63,942 nt of DNA from Octopus bimaculoides (lineage: Eukaryota): the NCBI RefSeq assembly GCF_001194135.2, contig NC_068993.1, forward strand, positions 13,349,827 through 13,413,768, read 5' to 3'. Under the pieces are notes generated by a model. It saw only the letters and a program-made list of their open reading frames with translations. It was not told the origin of the DNA and searched no databases. How positions within the stretch are numbered: the first letter of the stretch is position 1; each line of letters starts with the position of its first letter. Made by a program: the position numbers and the translations under genes. Shown one piece after another: positions 12,341 through 24,780 of this stretch.

Positions 12341-14076
12341 GATCTCATATATACACTTGAACAAACTAATGTAATAGCAGTGATATTCATGTACACATTA
12401 ATATAATAAAGCACGTTTTTCACATGAAGACACTTACGCACACGTTAATAAATACATTTTCCCTCCTGCACACACTGACATAGTAATGGCGCTCTTGTAC
12501 TCTAATGATAAAATGAGGCAAAGTCGTACATATGTATACACTGATAAAGTGACAATAACGCGCATGTGCAAGGTAACACAAAGGCAGTCACACTCCACAG
12601 TTATGCTTATATATATGTTAATGTATTAGTACATAGTCACATTCATGTACTTAATAATATACTAATATGTCTCCACATATGTACACATTTTATATAATAC
12701 ACTCAACACAATGACATGCAACTATACACAATATGATAACGACCACAGTCATGTTCGCGCTAATATACGAACATGTTCACAAACATATATACAAAGTAAC
12801 ATACTAAAATATATTACCACGCATGTACACACTTATATAATAAACAGAACACATTCACACACAACTGTAAGCACTAATACATGTACACACTAATGCAATA
12901 GAGCAGTCATATTCATGTATACACTTAATGTAACGCAGTGAAACACATGTTCACACCAATATAACAACACATCCCCGTACATGTACACACTTATATAATA
13001 AATAGAATACTGTACACAGTAATAAAATAAAGAATACCACACACACACACACACACACACATTCATATAATAAAAACAGTTCCCAACCCCGAAACATCAC
13101 ACCAACATGTACACAATAATAAAACTCAGTCAAAATCATGTATACACTAATAATAAAAGATGCAAATAAATTAATACATTAACTCAACACATTTCCATTT
13201 GTGTGATAACATTTCTTTGGAATCTTCTGTAAAATCCAAAGCTAGCTAGATTTAGTATCGTAGTAGGCAGTGGGGGAGGTATAATTTAGTATGTTGTTCT
13301 TGTTTGTTGTCGTTAATACTGTAGTAGAAGTAGTTGTTTGTTTGTTTGTTTGTTTGTTGTTGGTTCTGTTGTTAGGAAGGAGTTATAGGACCATGAGAGA
13401 TGCAAATTGGTGAAAATGAGAGTTCATGTTAAACAGTATGCCGCATTAATCTCAAGGGAAATCACAAAGCAATGGAGACATAAATACCCCATTCACGCCA
13501 ACACCGTTCACTATAATACAACATAATACCATGCACACATACACATAACGAATACAAAAGGAACGAAGATGATACCAACAAAAATAAATTACAAAAATGA
13601 CATACAGACAGAGAGAGAATACTTAATGTATAAACCTCTAAATACACACATATACATTCACACAAAAGCATGCATGTATAAACACACATACTCATATATA
13701 TATACATGACCGTGTTATATTGTACAAAAGATTTTACTTCTCTCTTCTTCAGCGACCAGAGACTGAATTGCCCCTCACGGCATTTTAATGCTTAAGGATG
13801 AGAAGACAGGGAAAAAATATTAAAAAAAAAAGAAATAATGAATATAAAATGCAAAAAATAAACAGAAAAATGGCCGTCTTTGTCATTACCTCTCACCTTT
13901 TTGTGTTGTGATCTCCCTTGGTTTACTTCTTTTTTTCGCGTCTCTTCTCGTGTGTGTATGAGTGTGTGTATAGTAGTTTGTTTACTTTTGTACGTGTTTA
14001 TTACTGTCTTTTTTTTTCTGTTGTATCGGAAGAGGGAGGACTCCACTTAGTTTTACTACCGTTAATAGTGCTACAG

Positions 14077-14097
14077 ATGGATATAATTCCCAGGATG
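14077..14097 (+). CDS. Candidate 21-nt coding microexon (xGYNSQD in phase 1, or MDIIPRM in phase 0)
   Basis: gtgctacag|ATGGATATAATTCCCAGGATG|gtaaaa. Length is a multiple of 3. Splicing to the acceptor at 14259 gives YGYNSQDVIYRW. No transcript evidence. Confidence 0.35.
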
Positions 14098-14555
14098 GTA
14101 AAAGATTTGTTGCTGCCTTGCTGCCTATAACAATGCAATCATTCCTCACACGATACACATTTCTATATGTCCTACTGCTTTTTTTTCTGTTCTTTTTTCT
14201 TTGTTAAAACATTTTTCCTTTTTCTTTCAAATTTCCCTTTTTGTTTTATTTTCCTGCAGTTATTTATAGATGGAAAGATATATTAGGATATTTTTTAAAC
14301 ACCCTTGTTTCTTTCTATCTTTTTTTTCTTGTTCTTTATTTCTCTTCTCAACAAAATATTTTTGTCCATTCTCCTATTCTTATATGAAATCTAGCTATTT
14401 ATATTAATAATCCTAGCAAGATATAGAACTGGGTTTAATATATGCTATTTGTACATTGTTTTAATATGTTTTAGTATATTAGGCTATACATTGTTACTTC
14501 TCTTCATAGGGTAAGACTTTATATAACTGCAATATATTGCCACTTCTACATTCAG

Positions 14556-14951
14556 AGTGGAGGCGCAACGGCCCAGTGGTTAGGGCGGCGGACTCGCGGT
14601 CATAGGATCGCAGTTTCGATTCCCAGATCGGGTATCGTGAGTGTTTATTAAGCGAAACCACCTAAAAGCTCCACGAGGCTCCGGCAGTGGTGGCGAACCC
14701 TGCTGTACTCTTTCACCACAACTTTCTCTCACTCTTTCTTCCTGTTTCTTTTGTGCCTGTAATTCAAAGGGTTAGCCTTGTCATACTGTGTCACGCTGAT
14801 TATCCCCGAGAACTGCGTTAAGGGTACACGTGTCTGTGGAGTGCTCAGCCACTTGCACGTTAATTTCACGAGCAGGCTGTTCCGTTGATCGGATCAACTG
14901 GAACCCTCGACGTCGTAAGCGACAGAGTGCCAACAACAACAAAAACAACAA
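14556..14951 (+). mobile_element. tRNA-derived SINE, family C here, full length with TSD
   Basis: A box TGGTTAGGGCGG region and B box GTTTCGATTCC; (CAA)n tail; 10-bp target-site duplication CTACATTCAG at 14546-14555 and 14952-14961. Confidence 0.93.
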
Positions 14952-15034
14952 CTACATTCAGTTCCCATTGCTATTCAAAGACTACAGAATCATAAGCAAA
15001 AGAAATAGAGATTATTATTATTATTATTATTATT

Positions 15035-15565
15035 GCGGCGAGATGGCAGAATCGTTAGCGCGCTGGATAAAATGCTTAGCGGGTATTTCCCCCCGCCGCT
15101 ACATTCTAAGTTCAAATTCCGCCGAAGGTGACACCGCCTTTCGTCCTCTGGGAGCTGATAATATAAATACCAGTTGAGTACTGGGATCGATGGCATCGAC
15201 TAACTTCTCTCCACACAATTCCTGTAAGCCAGCGATCTGGCAGAGTCGTTAGCTCGTCGGGACAAATGCTGCTTAGTGTCTTTACGTTCTGAGTTCAAAT
15301 GCCACCGGGATCGACTTTGTCCTTCATCCCTTCGGCGTCTATGAAATAAGTATCAACTGAGCACAGTGAGAAGGTAAATCAACAGAATACCTGGAAATTT
15401 ATTTCGGCTTAATCGTTTCAGAACATTACGTTCTGAGTTCAATTCTGTCAAGGTCGACAGTGTCTTTTTATTTCTTTCGGGGGTGGGGGTCAATAATAAG
15501 TACCGGCCCAGTACTGGGTATCATAGTATCGATTCCCTCCACCCTTCAAATTACTGGCCTTTTAA
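15035..15565 (+). mobile_element. Three tandem SINE family B copies (about 15035-15204, 15229-15365, 15420-15565)
   Basis: Repeated TGGCAGA(A/G)TCGTTAG heads, GTTCT(G/A)AGTTCAAAT boxes and ATAA.TACC/GTACTGGG 3' parts. Confidence 0.85.
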
Positions 15566-15607
15566 ATAATTTAGAAAAACAAAAACATAGCTGATTCATG
15601 CTCTCAT

Positions 15608-15822
15608 ATCCTTTCTACTATAAGCACAAGGTCTGAAATTTTGGAGGGAGAGGGTAGTCGATTACATCGACCCCAGCACTCAACTGGTACTTAATTTATC
15701 GATTCGAAAGGTTGAAAAGTAAAGTCGACCTCGGCGGAATTTGAACTCAGAACGTAGCGGCAGACAAAATACCACTTAGCATTTCGCCCGGCGTTCTAAC
15801 GATTCTGCCAGCTCGCCGCCTT
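15608..15822 (-). mobile_element. SINE family B, full length, well preserved
   Basis: Reverse complement reads AAGGCGGCGAGCTGGCAGAATCGTTAG...GTTCTGAGTTCAAATTCCGCCGAGGTCGAC...GACCTTGTGCTTATAGTAGAAAGGAT. Confidence 0.92.
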
Positions 15823-16678
15823 TTCAAGCTCTCGTATCACCGGATTCATAGACCAGCTTTCGTTCCCCTTACTTTAACTTTTTAACTTCATTTTTCATTC
15901 TAACGCTTTTATGAAACACTCGGCCTCGGCGTAGTTGTCTTGTCCCTCCTCAGCTATACTGCTACAAAGAAAAATGCTAGTTATTGAGTTAGATTGAAGT
16001 AGAAATTGAAACCGGGAAAGGAACACAGAAAAAGCAAAAACTAATAATGATAGCGCATATTTTTTGTGTATATTCATTTAGCCTTTTACTTACCTTAGAC
16101 ACTGGATTGTTTATGCTGGGGCACTTCGTTCAAGCTTTGTTGCTGGCATCTAGATTTTAAATCACTGGGATTGAATACATTCATCAACAGCAATAGCAGT
16201 GTTTCCCCAAACCTCTGTAACGATCAACATACATGTGCATTCAAAAAAATAAAGGTTTAAACACAAACGCTAATATGTGCGAACGTTATGCATATAGATT
16301 CTGCTGGAGTAAATCCGTTCTCAAACATTTGATCAAATCAAAGTTACAGTTCATGATTCTAATTGATAAGGCGGATTGAACACGAAAAACGAAGTTCGAG
16401 AAATCCAACCAATTTCTGCGTGCGCGCGCACATATTGGGTAATACAAATAGAAAAATAGAATTCAAAACATGAGTGTATACGTTTTTAAATAATCGACAG
16501 AATGACTCAACGGCTGAAAGTTTCGTCAGTTGATAAGTACCAACAGAGGACGGTCTCAGCCCTTGAACCACTCTGTAGTATTTCCCGATTTTAAACAAAA
16601 GATCTATCTATCTATCTAGATAGATAGATAGATATATATATAGAGAGAGAAAGAGAGAGAGGTGGGGAGATATGTGCT

Positions 16679-16723
<45 letters not shown>

Positions 16724-17799
16724 GCGTGTTTGTGTGTGTGTAAACGTTATGTATGTCAATCTATCACTTGACTTATGCTGATGAAAAGCTCTTTTGGAAA
16801 CCTCTTAATCGGAAGTTGATTGAAGTATCTCCTCGTGAAACATCAAGTGACACCATCCCTTGAAATTGATATTTATCGCAGTATCATACAGTCCTCACAA
16901 TAGCAATGGACAAAACTGAAGTGAAGAATTGAAGATACACACTCACACACATATTTACAATTTACATAAGTGTACAAATATACATACTAACACCCAGATA
17001 TACAGCCACATAACGCACACACAGACATTCCCCCCACACACACACACACAGAAATATATGTGTTTGTGTGTGTGTGTGTGTTAATATGCATGACAATTTA
17101 TAACCTCAAGCACAAAATGACTCGTGTGTGTTACGAATTGGCAAATGAATTAAAGCTTTGACTAGGATGATAGGTGGCGCTTTGTTTTCGTGCTTCTAAT
17201 ACCGAGTCCAAACATCGGCATAGTAAAATCTGCCTTTGCTTGTATCGAAATCGATAAATAAATGCCAGTAGAGGGATATATGGATTTGCGGAACAAAAAC
17301 CGTTACAGTATTTCCTTCGGAGCTTTGTCCTCCGATTTCTGCCTAAATAAATCGCATTATGCCTTCACCTTGCACACAAATAGCACACAGAGGAGATTTG
17401 AACCTTTGGACAATTACCTGTTGGTCTTCCATAAAATAAAACAAAAGATATAGGTTTATTGAGAATTATTTTTAGGTGCATATCATGGCCTCTGATATAT
17501 ATACACACACACATACACTATCTTTGAGTGGTGTATTTGAAGTCTATATCTCCTCTTGTTTTAATTCTGATAGACAGAATCTTTGTAACGAATACCTATT
17601 TAGATGTCGTGCTTTCCAAGTGATCAATTATCTTCCATATACTGAAATTCTATGTGCATCACTGAAACACGCAAACACAAATGTGTGTATATTTGTGTAA
17701 GTTTAGAAATAGATCCACATATGGACAAAAATGACCAAGTTAAAACAGCGTGTGACTATTAGTTTGTCGCCCAATGAAAAATTTCGAAAATAGAGCTGG

Positions 17800-17839
17800 C
17801 TTTGACGTTTCATCATCTTACGTCCTTTCTTCAAGAAAG
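17800..17839 (-). ncRNA. Degenerate hammerhead-ribozyme-like motif, homolog of 23912-23947
   Basis: CTTT-CTTGAAGA...GAAACGTC-AAAG with the same stem I flanks as the 23.9 kb motif; stem II no longer pairs. Confidence 0.45.
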
Positions 17840-18087
17840 GAGATAGTTTAGAAGTGGGGTAAGAAAGATGTAAACCTACACCTACAAAACACACAAAAAT
17901 ACAATAATAGTTGATCGGTGTGCAGAATCAGTAGAACATCGAATCGATTACATTTATGTATTTATTTGTATGTATTTATATGTATTTATTTCCCTACCTC
18001 ACTCCGCCTCCAGCACACTTTCTCTCTTGCTCTATCTCTCTCTCGCTCTATCTCTCTCTCTCTCCATGTCTCTCTCTCTCTCTCTCT

Positions 18088-18256
18088 NNNNNNNNNNNNN
18101 NNNNNNNNNNNNNNNNNNNNNNNNNNNNNNNNNNNNNNNNNNNNNNNNNNNNNNNNNNNNNNNNNNNNNNNNNNNNNNNNNNNNNNNNNNNNNNNNNNNN
18201 NNNNNNNNNNNNNNNNNNNNNNNNNNNNNNNNNNNNNNNNNNNNNNNNNNNNNNNN
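18088..18256. other. Assembly gap (N run) between (CT)n and (GT)n
   Basis: N run seen directly. Confidence 0.99.
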
Positions 18257-18301
<45 letters not shown>

Positions 18302-20419
18302 AATAGCTGTTAGTATATGACACGGAGACAAAGACAAACAGAAAGGAGATGCAGCCACGAAAGATTTAAAGAATGATAGAAAATAAATTGGTGGTGCATC
18401 TTATGTAGAATAAGTATGTCGTGTTAGGTACCACTAGTTGTTCTCATACCGGTGCATATTCCGAATTCCGACCTCCTTAAGGCGGGTTGCTACCGCGTTC
18501 TGTTGTTGAAATAGAAGAGGCAATACATAATTATACGAACATAGATGAAAATAAATAAATGAAAATAAAGGAAAATATAAAGCGAATCGTACATAATTAT
18601 AATTCGCTTAGATGCACACAAATCAATATCTCTCTCACCGCTTCTCTCTTTCTCTCTCTCTCTCTCTGGGACGTCCTCAGCTCCTTGAAAAGCATACAAA
18701 ATTATATATATATATATACACGCACACACATAGATACATGTATGTATATGTATGCATGTATATAAAAAAAAAAATAATAATAATAATATAATAATGATGA
18801 TGATGGTAATAACGATAATAATGACCATAATGTGCATGCATATGTAATAGAATTGATTTTCATGTAGAGAAAAAATAAACGAGTAGAAACTAAATACAAA
18901 TGAATATATATATATATGAAAGAGACACTAATTCTTCTCAAGGAGATAACCTTCCATCTCTCGACTAGTACAACAACAACAACACGAAAATCAACAGCAG
19001 CAATAAAGACATCAATAGCAACAGCAACAAATGATATCGATGATAATAATGATAAAATAATAATGATATTAATAGTAATAATAATTCAGTAAAAACAAAA
19101 GCGAAATGTCAATAAAAAATATATTAGGAATATTAAGAACAAAAATAGTGAATGAAAATCAAAAGAAAAGTAAAGTAAATGAACATAATATTATGTAGGT
19201 AGATAGATAGATAGGCAGGCAAACAGAGCTACATACATATATACATTACTATTGATTAGGATACTATTTCGATTAAGCTTTACATGAGATATCACAAACA
19301 TATCCATATGCATTTGTGTGTGTATATGTATGTGTATGTTCAATGTGTGTATGTGTATGCGTATAAGCATAAAGTATGTAATGAAATGTGTTAAGTCTGA
19401 TATACAAGCACATGAGTGCGTCTTATAAATTGGTTCATTAAAATCTCTTTATCTAACGGTTTTTTTTTTTGTTTTTTTCTCTCTAAGCTTGGCAAACAGC
19501 CACCTCTTTCATTGCATTTCATATATGGAAATAAAGAAAACAATAAGAAAACAAAACACTATAACAAGACAGAAAAACATAACAAAAATTCAAAATCTAA
19601 AAAAAGATATACATTAAATATAAAGCAACAACAACTACAACAACAACAACCACACCATCCAAATCTACGATGATCGCCCTTCAAGTATGAACGGCAACGA
19701 AAACGATGATGATGTTTATAGAAATAATAAAAGCAACGACAACAATAATAATAATAACAACAGTTGTAGTATTAACAATAATAATAAGAGGGAACGCTTA
19801 TTATCAGAGCATAATTATTATTATTATTATTATTATTATTATCTGAGAAATTTCGACCGCACTTGGCTATCGAAATTACTGTAGGATTGTTTATAAAAAA
19901 ACAGATCTCATATACCAAAAATTGTCTCGGACGTTGGTGTATGTTTTTGCTTTGTTGTTTGTTTGTTTGTTTTTGTTATTTTCTTTCGTTTGGAATAAAA
20001 CATACACTTCTGTGTGAATACACATATATTTAGATGAACGCATTCAAATTTGTATTGATGGTAATATTTGCATATATGTCTGAATTCACTTCTCAGAATC
20101 ATTACGTATGTAAGTGTAATGAGGTATACGTTATGTTGGATGCTTAAGTAGACACACCCATGTAGGACTACACACACGTAGGACTACACACAGTCATGCG
20201 TTCATACATGTATGTATGTATGTGTGTGTGTGATGGACTCGCCTGTTGTAAACAACACATGAGGATTCTGAAAATACTTGCTGAACTTCTTGCATTGATA
20301 AGTTGCTTATAGGGCTCAAAAGATGGCGTTTGTAGGTTATTTCACACCCTGCATGAAATAAGCAAGCCTGTACAGGAAGGTGCACGGTGTACCACTAGTC
20401 AGATGTCGATGTGATCGCT

Positions 20420-20540
20420 GATCAACGTGAAATGATGTGTTTTGTCCAAGAACACAATACAACAAAACACCTGATACGGGAATCGAAACACCGATCTTGT
20501 GATCTTGATTTTATTACCATGACCACTACGCCACGCAACT
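20420..20540 (-). mobile_element. SINE family D fragment
   Basis: CAACGTGAAATGATGTGTTTTGTCCAAGAACACAA core plus GGGAATCGAAAC...ACCACTACGCCACGC head. Confidence 0.7.
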
Positions 20541-21989
20541 CTCTTTATGTATACACGCATACATCTACAAATATATACGTATGCATATATACATATTTAT
20601 GCGCGCATATGTGCACTTATATTCATATGCATTATATTTATCTAACCGTGTGTGTGTGTGTGTTTGTGTGTGTATGTGTGTGCACGTGTGTGTGTATACT
20701 TACATAATCATACAGAATAGCTCGTAGTTTGTAAGGAAATCTAGGCGTAGTTCAACTTGTTTTCGAATCTAGCTACACTACGGGATTAATTTCATTCCGC
20801 TCTTCTGCACTTTGTGTGTTTGTCGCTTTGTCTCCCTCTCTCTCTTCTTCTGTCATCCTATTCACATATTCCCTCGATAGCAGATAATACTAGAGATATA
20901 CGACCGTAGGTGAATTCCATGGAAAAAGGACAATGCATGTGTACTCGACTTAGCAGAAAATACGATGGTTTTATTAATCGACCCAGACAGTTATTTTAGA
21001 AGTGCGTTTACAGAAAAATGCCAACACCGTATTCTCTCCTTACATTGTTTTCCATTCTATTCAATACGTACTCAAGCAACGTTACATCACTACCCCGATC
21101 TCATTGCCACCTCCAACAACAACACCAACACTGACCCTCATCACCTCCACTATAACTATAACCATGTGTCGAGTCGGAACGTTTCTGTCATTTAAGAACT
21201 CGAAATGCAATCGATTGAAAACAATGTCTCAGGCGTCAGCCTCAAAACAATATTCTCTCTATTCGTTCTTTGACCACACCAAAACATTTTAACCTTTGTC
21301 TCTTTACGGTTATTTACACTGAGATATTGAAACATGCAGGAATGTGCCCGTGAGACCATTGAATAAGACGCTCTCTGATTCTCTGATCTTTCGTAATATA
21401 TGTCTTGACTATGGGCTTTCTTGGGTGGATTGTTTGAAACTATTATACATGCTCAAACTTTAGCCACCTCTAATCTTGTTTCCTTTCTTAAGGATCAACA
21501 AGGCGGTTTCCGCTCAGTTAGAATAACTGAATAATCTCCTACCCACCCCCAGCGCTTCCTTTCCCTCTCCCATTCTCTCTCTCACTTTTCTTCTCATTTT
21601 GTGTCCTTTTTGTAGTTTCACGCCAATATTTCTGACTTCATCCATATAATTACTACCCACCGCATACACGTACAAATATATGAATAAAATATAGATAAAT
21701 ATATTTACAATATGTATATTATATAATATGCATTATATGCTATATATAATGTTATATATATTAAATATATATATTATATAATACTTATTCCATAGTATAT
21801 CTATATGAAAGAGTAAGTCTCTACATTGTCACTCGATGTAGTAGATGTTGCCAACTTTACTTCAATAGCACAATACCTTCTATATAAATAAGGGCTTTCT
21901 GCATATTGAATTATGTAGACAACTAATAGAGTCTGAAAGCAAGCGACATGGAAGGGGCATGCTTGGAAAGCTTTTCCTACTGCGTCTCC

Positions 21990-22127
21990 TGGACAATAAT
22001 AAAGAAATAGCAATAATAAAGAAATTCTATCTATATTTACTCTTTTACTTGTTTCAGTTGGACAATAATAAAGAAATAGCAATAATAAAGAAATTCTATC
22101 TATATTTACTCTTTTATTTGTTTCAGT
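21990..22127. repeat. 69-bp tandem duplication (2 copies, 1 mismatch)
   Basis: GGACAATAATAAAGAAATAGC...TTGTTTCAGT starts at 21991 and 22060; visible as a 23-aa repeat in the ORF track. Confidence 0.95.
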
Positions 22128-22297
22128 CATTTGACTGTGGTCGAACAAATCGACCCCAGGACTTATTCTTTGTAAACCTAGTACTTATTCTATCGGTCTC
22201 TTTTGCCGAATCGCGAGATTACGGGGACAAACACAGACACACAAACATATACACACACATACATAAATAAAGATACGACGGGCTTCTTTCAGTTTCC
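22105..22297 (-). mobile_element. SINE family A (bipartite, internal microsatellite), 5'-truncated and internally deleted
   Basis: TTGTTTCAGTCATTTGACTGTGG...CGACCCCAGGACTTATTCTTTG...ACGACGGGCTTCTTTCAGTTTCC matches the copies at 55.7 and 56.8 kb. Confidence 0.88.
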
Positions 22298-22812
22298 TAG
22301 TTGCACTTCTTCATTTCCTCCCAATCCATTTCTATTCATTGTGTAGTACTTCTTTCCGTAGTTTTCTTTGGCAGCAACGGCCGATCTCAAAAATCTTAGA
22401 CACGTTGATAATATTGACCGTATAAAACGAAACTTAAATATAGGTTTTAGGGGGTCATGGAAAACATATAGACAGTTGTCGCCTTACAGTTTGCACCTGC
22501 GGGATTAATTACATAATTTGAATGACTTACATGGAGATAGAAATCAAGGTAACGATAAGATACAGTATGTAGAAATATATACGCGTGTACACATACGTTT
22601 TTATGCTTACCAAAATTCAACTTTATCCATCCATTCACCCATCCTTCCACTTACGTGACGTATTTAACGCATTCTACATACCGTTTCATATTATGCCATA
22701 TTATATCACTTTCTTGGATTCAATATGGCTGATTCACACGTGTGAATGCGTATGTCAGTGTGTAAGCTTTAGAGTACAAGTTCAGAACCATATAACGTAC
22801 ACACTTATACTT

Positions 22813-22851
<39 letters not shown>

Positions 22852-23911
22852 GGTACATCTATCTATCTATATATTTCTGTGTTTGTGAAAGAGAGAGGGG
22901 GAGAGAGAGTGAGTTTGTTTCGTGCGTGGGTCTGTGTGAAAATTAAGTTTCATATAAGTGCGCTAATTAACTATTAACCTGCATTCTGGAAATATCTACA
23001 GAATTTCATGAAGCGTAAGGAAAACATTAACATTTATTTATTCTACTTTCATTTTCGCTGGATAGTTTTTTTTTTTAATATCTTTAATTTCCCCTACATT
23101 ACGAGTATCGCAGCTTGTTTTCCTCTTTCGTTTTCACAGTGATGGGTTAAGATTCCATTAAATTAAGTCTCATACGTTTTTGGATATAATATGTGCAAAA
23201 GGTATAAGGTACACATTAATTGAAATTAATACGAGGATTTTATTAACTTAATTAAAGGAATTAATTTTTTTTCAAAGTAACATATTGGTGTCACACAGGA
23301 TGAGAGAAAATGGATTTCGATTATTTTTATTTATTTCTATATTTTCTTACCATATGCGAAGATGTTTGTTTGGGATGTATGAATATATGAGTGTTTAAAT
23401 GCTTATATGTATGAAGGCGTGTATATTCTGTGTGTTGTGGGAATAGAGAATATTTCTGAGACAAGCTGTATCGATAAGAGGACACCAAGTTGAATATTTT
23501 ACATTAAACGTCTATTATTTCCTCATTAGTAACTTGTATATAATTTAGATTATTCATATTTCTAAATCCATAAACATTTCATGATATTCTCGGTTTAGTC
23601 ATGTACATAAAATTTTGAAACCAGGTAAAATTGAAACTCTTTAACTATTATTATCAGTTGTTGTTTTGTAATGTTGGTTAATATACTCTACTGAAACTCC
23701 ATCACTGTTACAAAGTATAGAAAATAGTATATGAATCAATGTACTCTAGTTACAGAAAGATGTATAAGTCATATAACTAATTTAGCAGAACGCAGTAGGG
23801 CATAAATACATACATCTGGCTCAAACGTATAAAGCACATAAATGATAGAGACAGATAAGAGAACGACAAACAACGTGTAATTGGTTTGATGCTCAGGGAA
23901 AATGGCAAAGT

Positions 23912-23947
23912 CTTTGACGTTTCGAACCTACGCTCTTCGACAGAAAG
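23912..23947 (-). ncRNA. Minimal type-I hammerhead ribozyme motif (Penelope-like-element type), one core substitution
   Basis: Minus strand CTTT CTGTCGA A GAGC-GTAG-GTTC GAA ACGT C AAAG: stem I 4 bp, stem II 4 bp, palindromic ACGU stem III, GUC cleavage triplet. Core has U where A6 is expected. Confidence 0.7.
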
Positions 23948-24780
23948 GAATGAGAAAAGAAAACTGTGAAAGTGATAAAAAAAAAAAACATGCTTGGGTT
24001 AGTAGATTGATTCATGCGTTATAAGCACCTTAAAATAAGCACGTACAAAAATATGACACAACGAATAATGATGGAGTGATATGCAGTGACTGATACATAT
24101 AAGGGTGTATTAAATTTTGCATATATGAAATATATTTCTCTTTTGTGTTCAATTAGATCACGTTGTTGATAGTTTCAGAACCGTCACATATTTTATATTT
24201 ACTTTGTATTAGTAGCAGTGTCCACACTGCCGATTCTAAACATGTATACTTTCCCTTTCAAAAAGTTATATCAGCCCGATCGTTTGTATATCATCGTTTC
24301 GTTCGATAACTTTTACTAATTTTCATTATTTTCCTTAGAGCTATTGCCATAATTTGGGATTTGATGTCTAGTAGTGGGAGATTATCGATTTCAATAAACT
24401 GTAATGATTTTAGAATTCTAATTGAAGGGCAGTGCTTGAAAGTTCTTCAATAGTGTGAAGAAATGCAGAAAAGAATTGAATGAAATTATAGTTCGGAAAA
24501 TTTTCTAAGACTTGAGGGCCAGCATTTTCAAAGAAATCTTCGAGTAATTGTAAGAAATTTTAAGGCTTCAATTCATTATAATCTGCAAGTAGGTCGTTCT
24601 ATTTCTTATCAGATCGTCAACATCTGAGTAATAATCACCAGCAGAATCTATTCACATGATTAACTTGTGACAAACTGGTAGCGTCTCGAAGAATATACTT
24701 CCCTCCTGATGACATCTGCACAGTAGCTGCAATTCTTCGCAGAGTGATAGGGAGAGTTGTTTCTGGAAGAAGATAGGTGG

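Noticed and set aside
16197-16215. CAGTGTTTCCCCAAACC, a hAT-like terminus
   Set aside because: No partner end or TSD found.
16778-16803. CTGATGA...GAAAC hammerhead-like hit; similar partial hits near 650-690 (minus), 33570-33597 (minus) and 63747
   Set aside because: No stem II closure adjacent to the core and no stem I, or no GAAA.
21801-22148. 115-aa minus-strand ORF with an internal repeat
   Set aside because: The repeat is the 69-bp DNA duplication and part of the ORF lies in a SINE tail.
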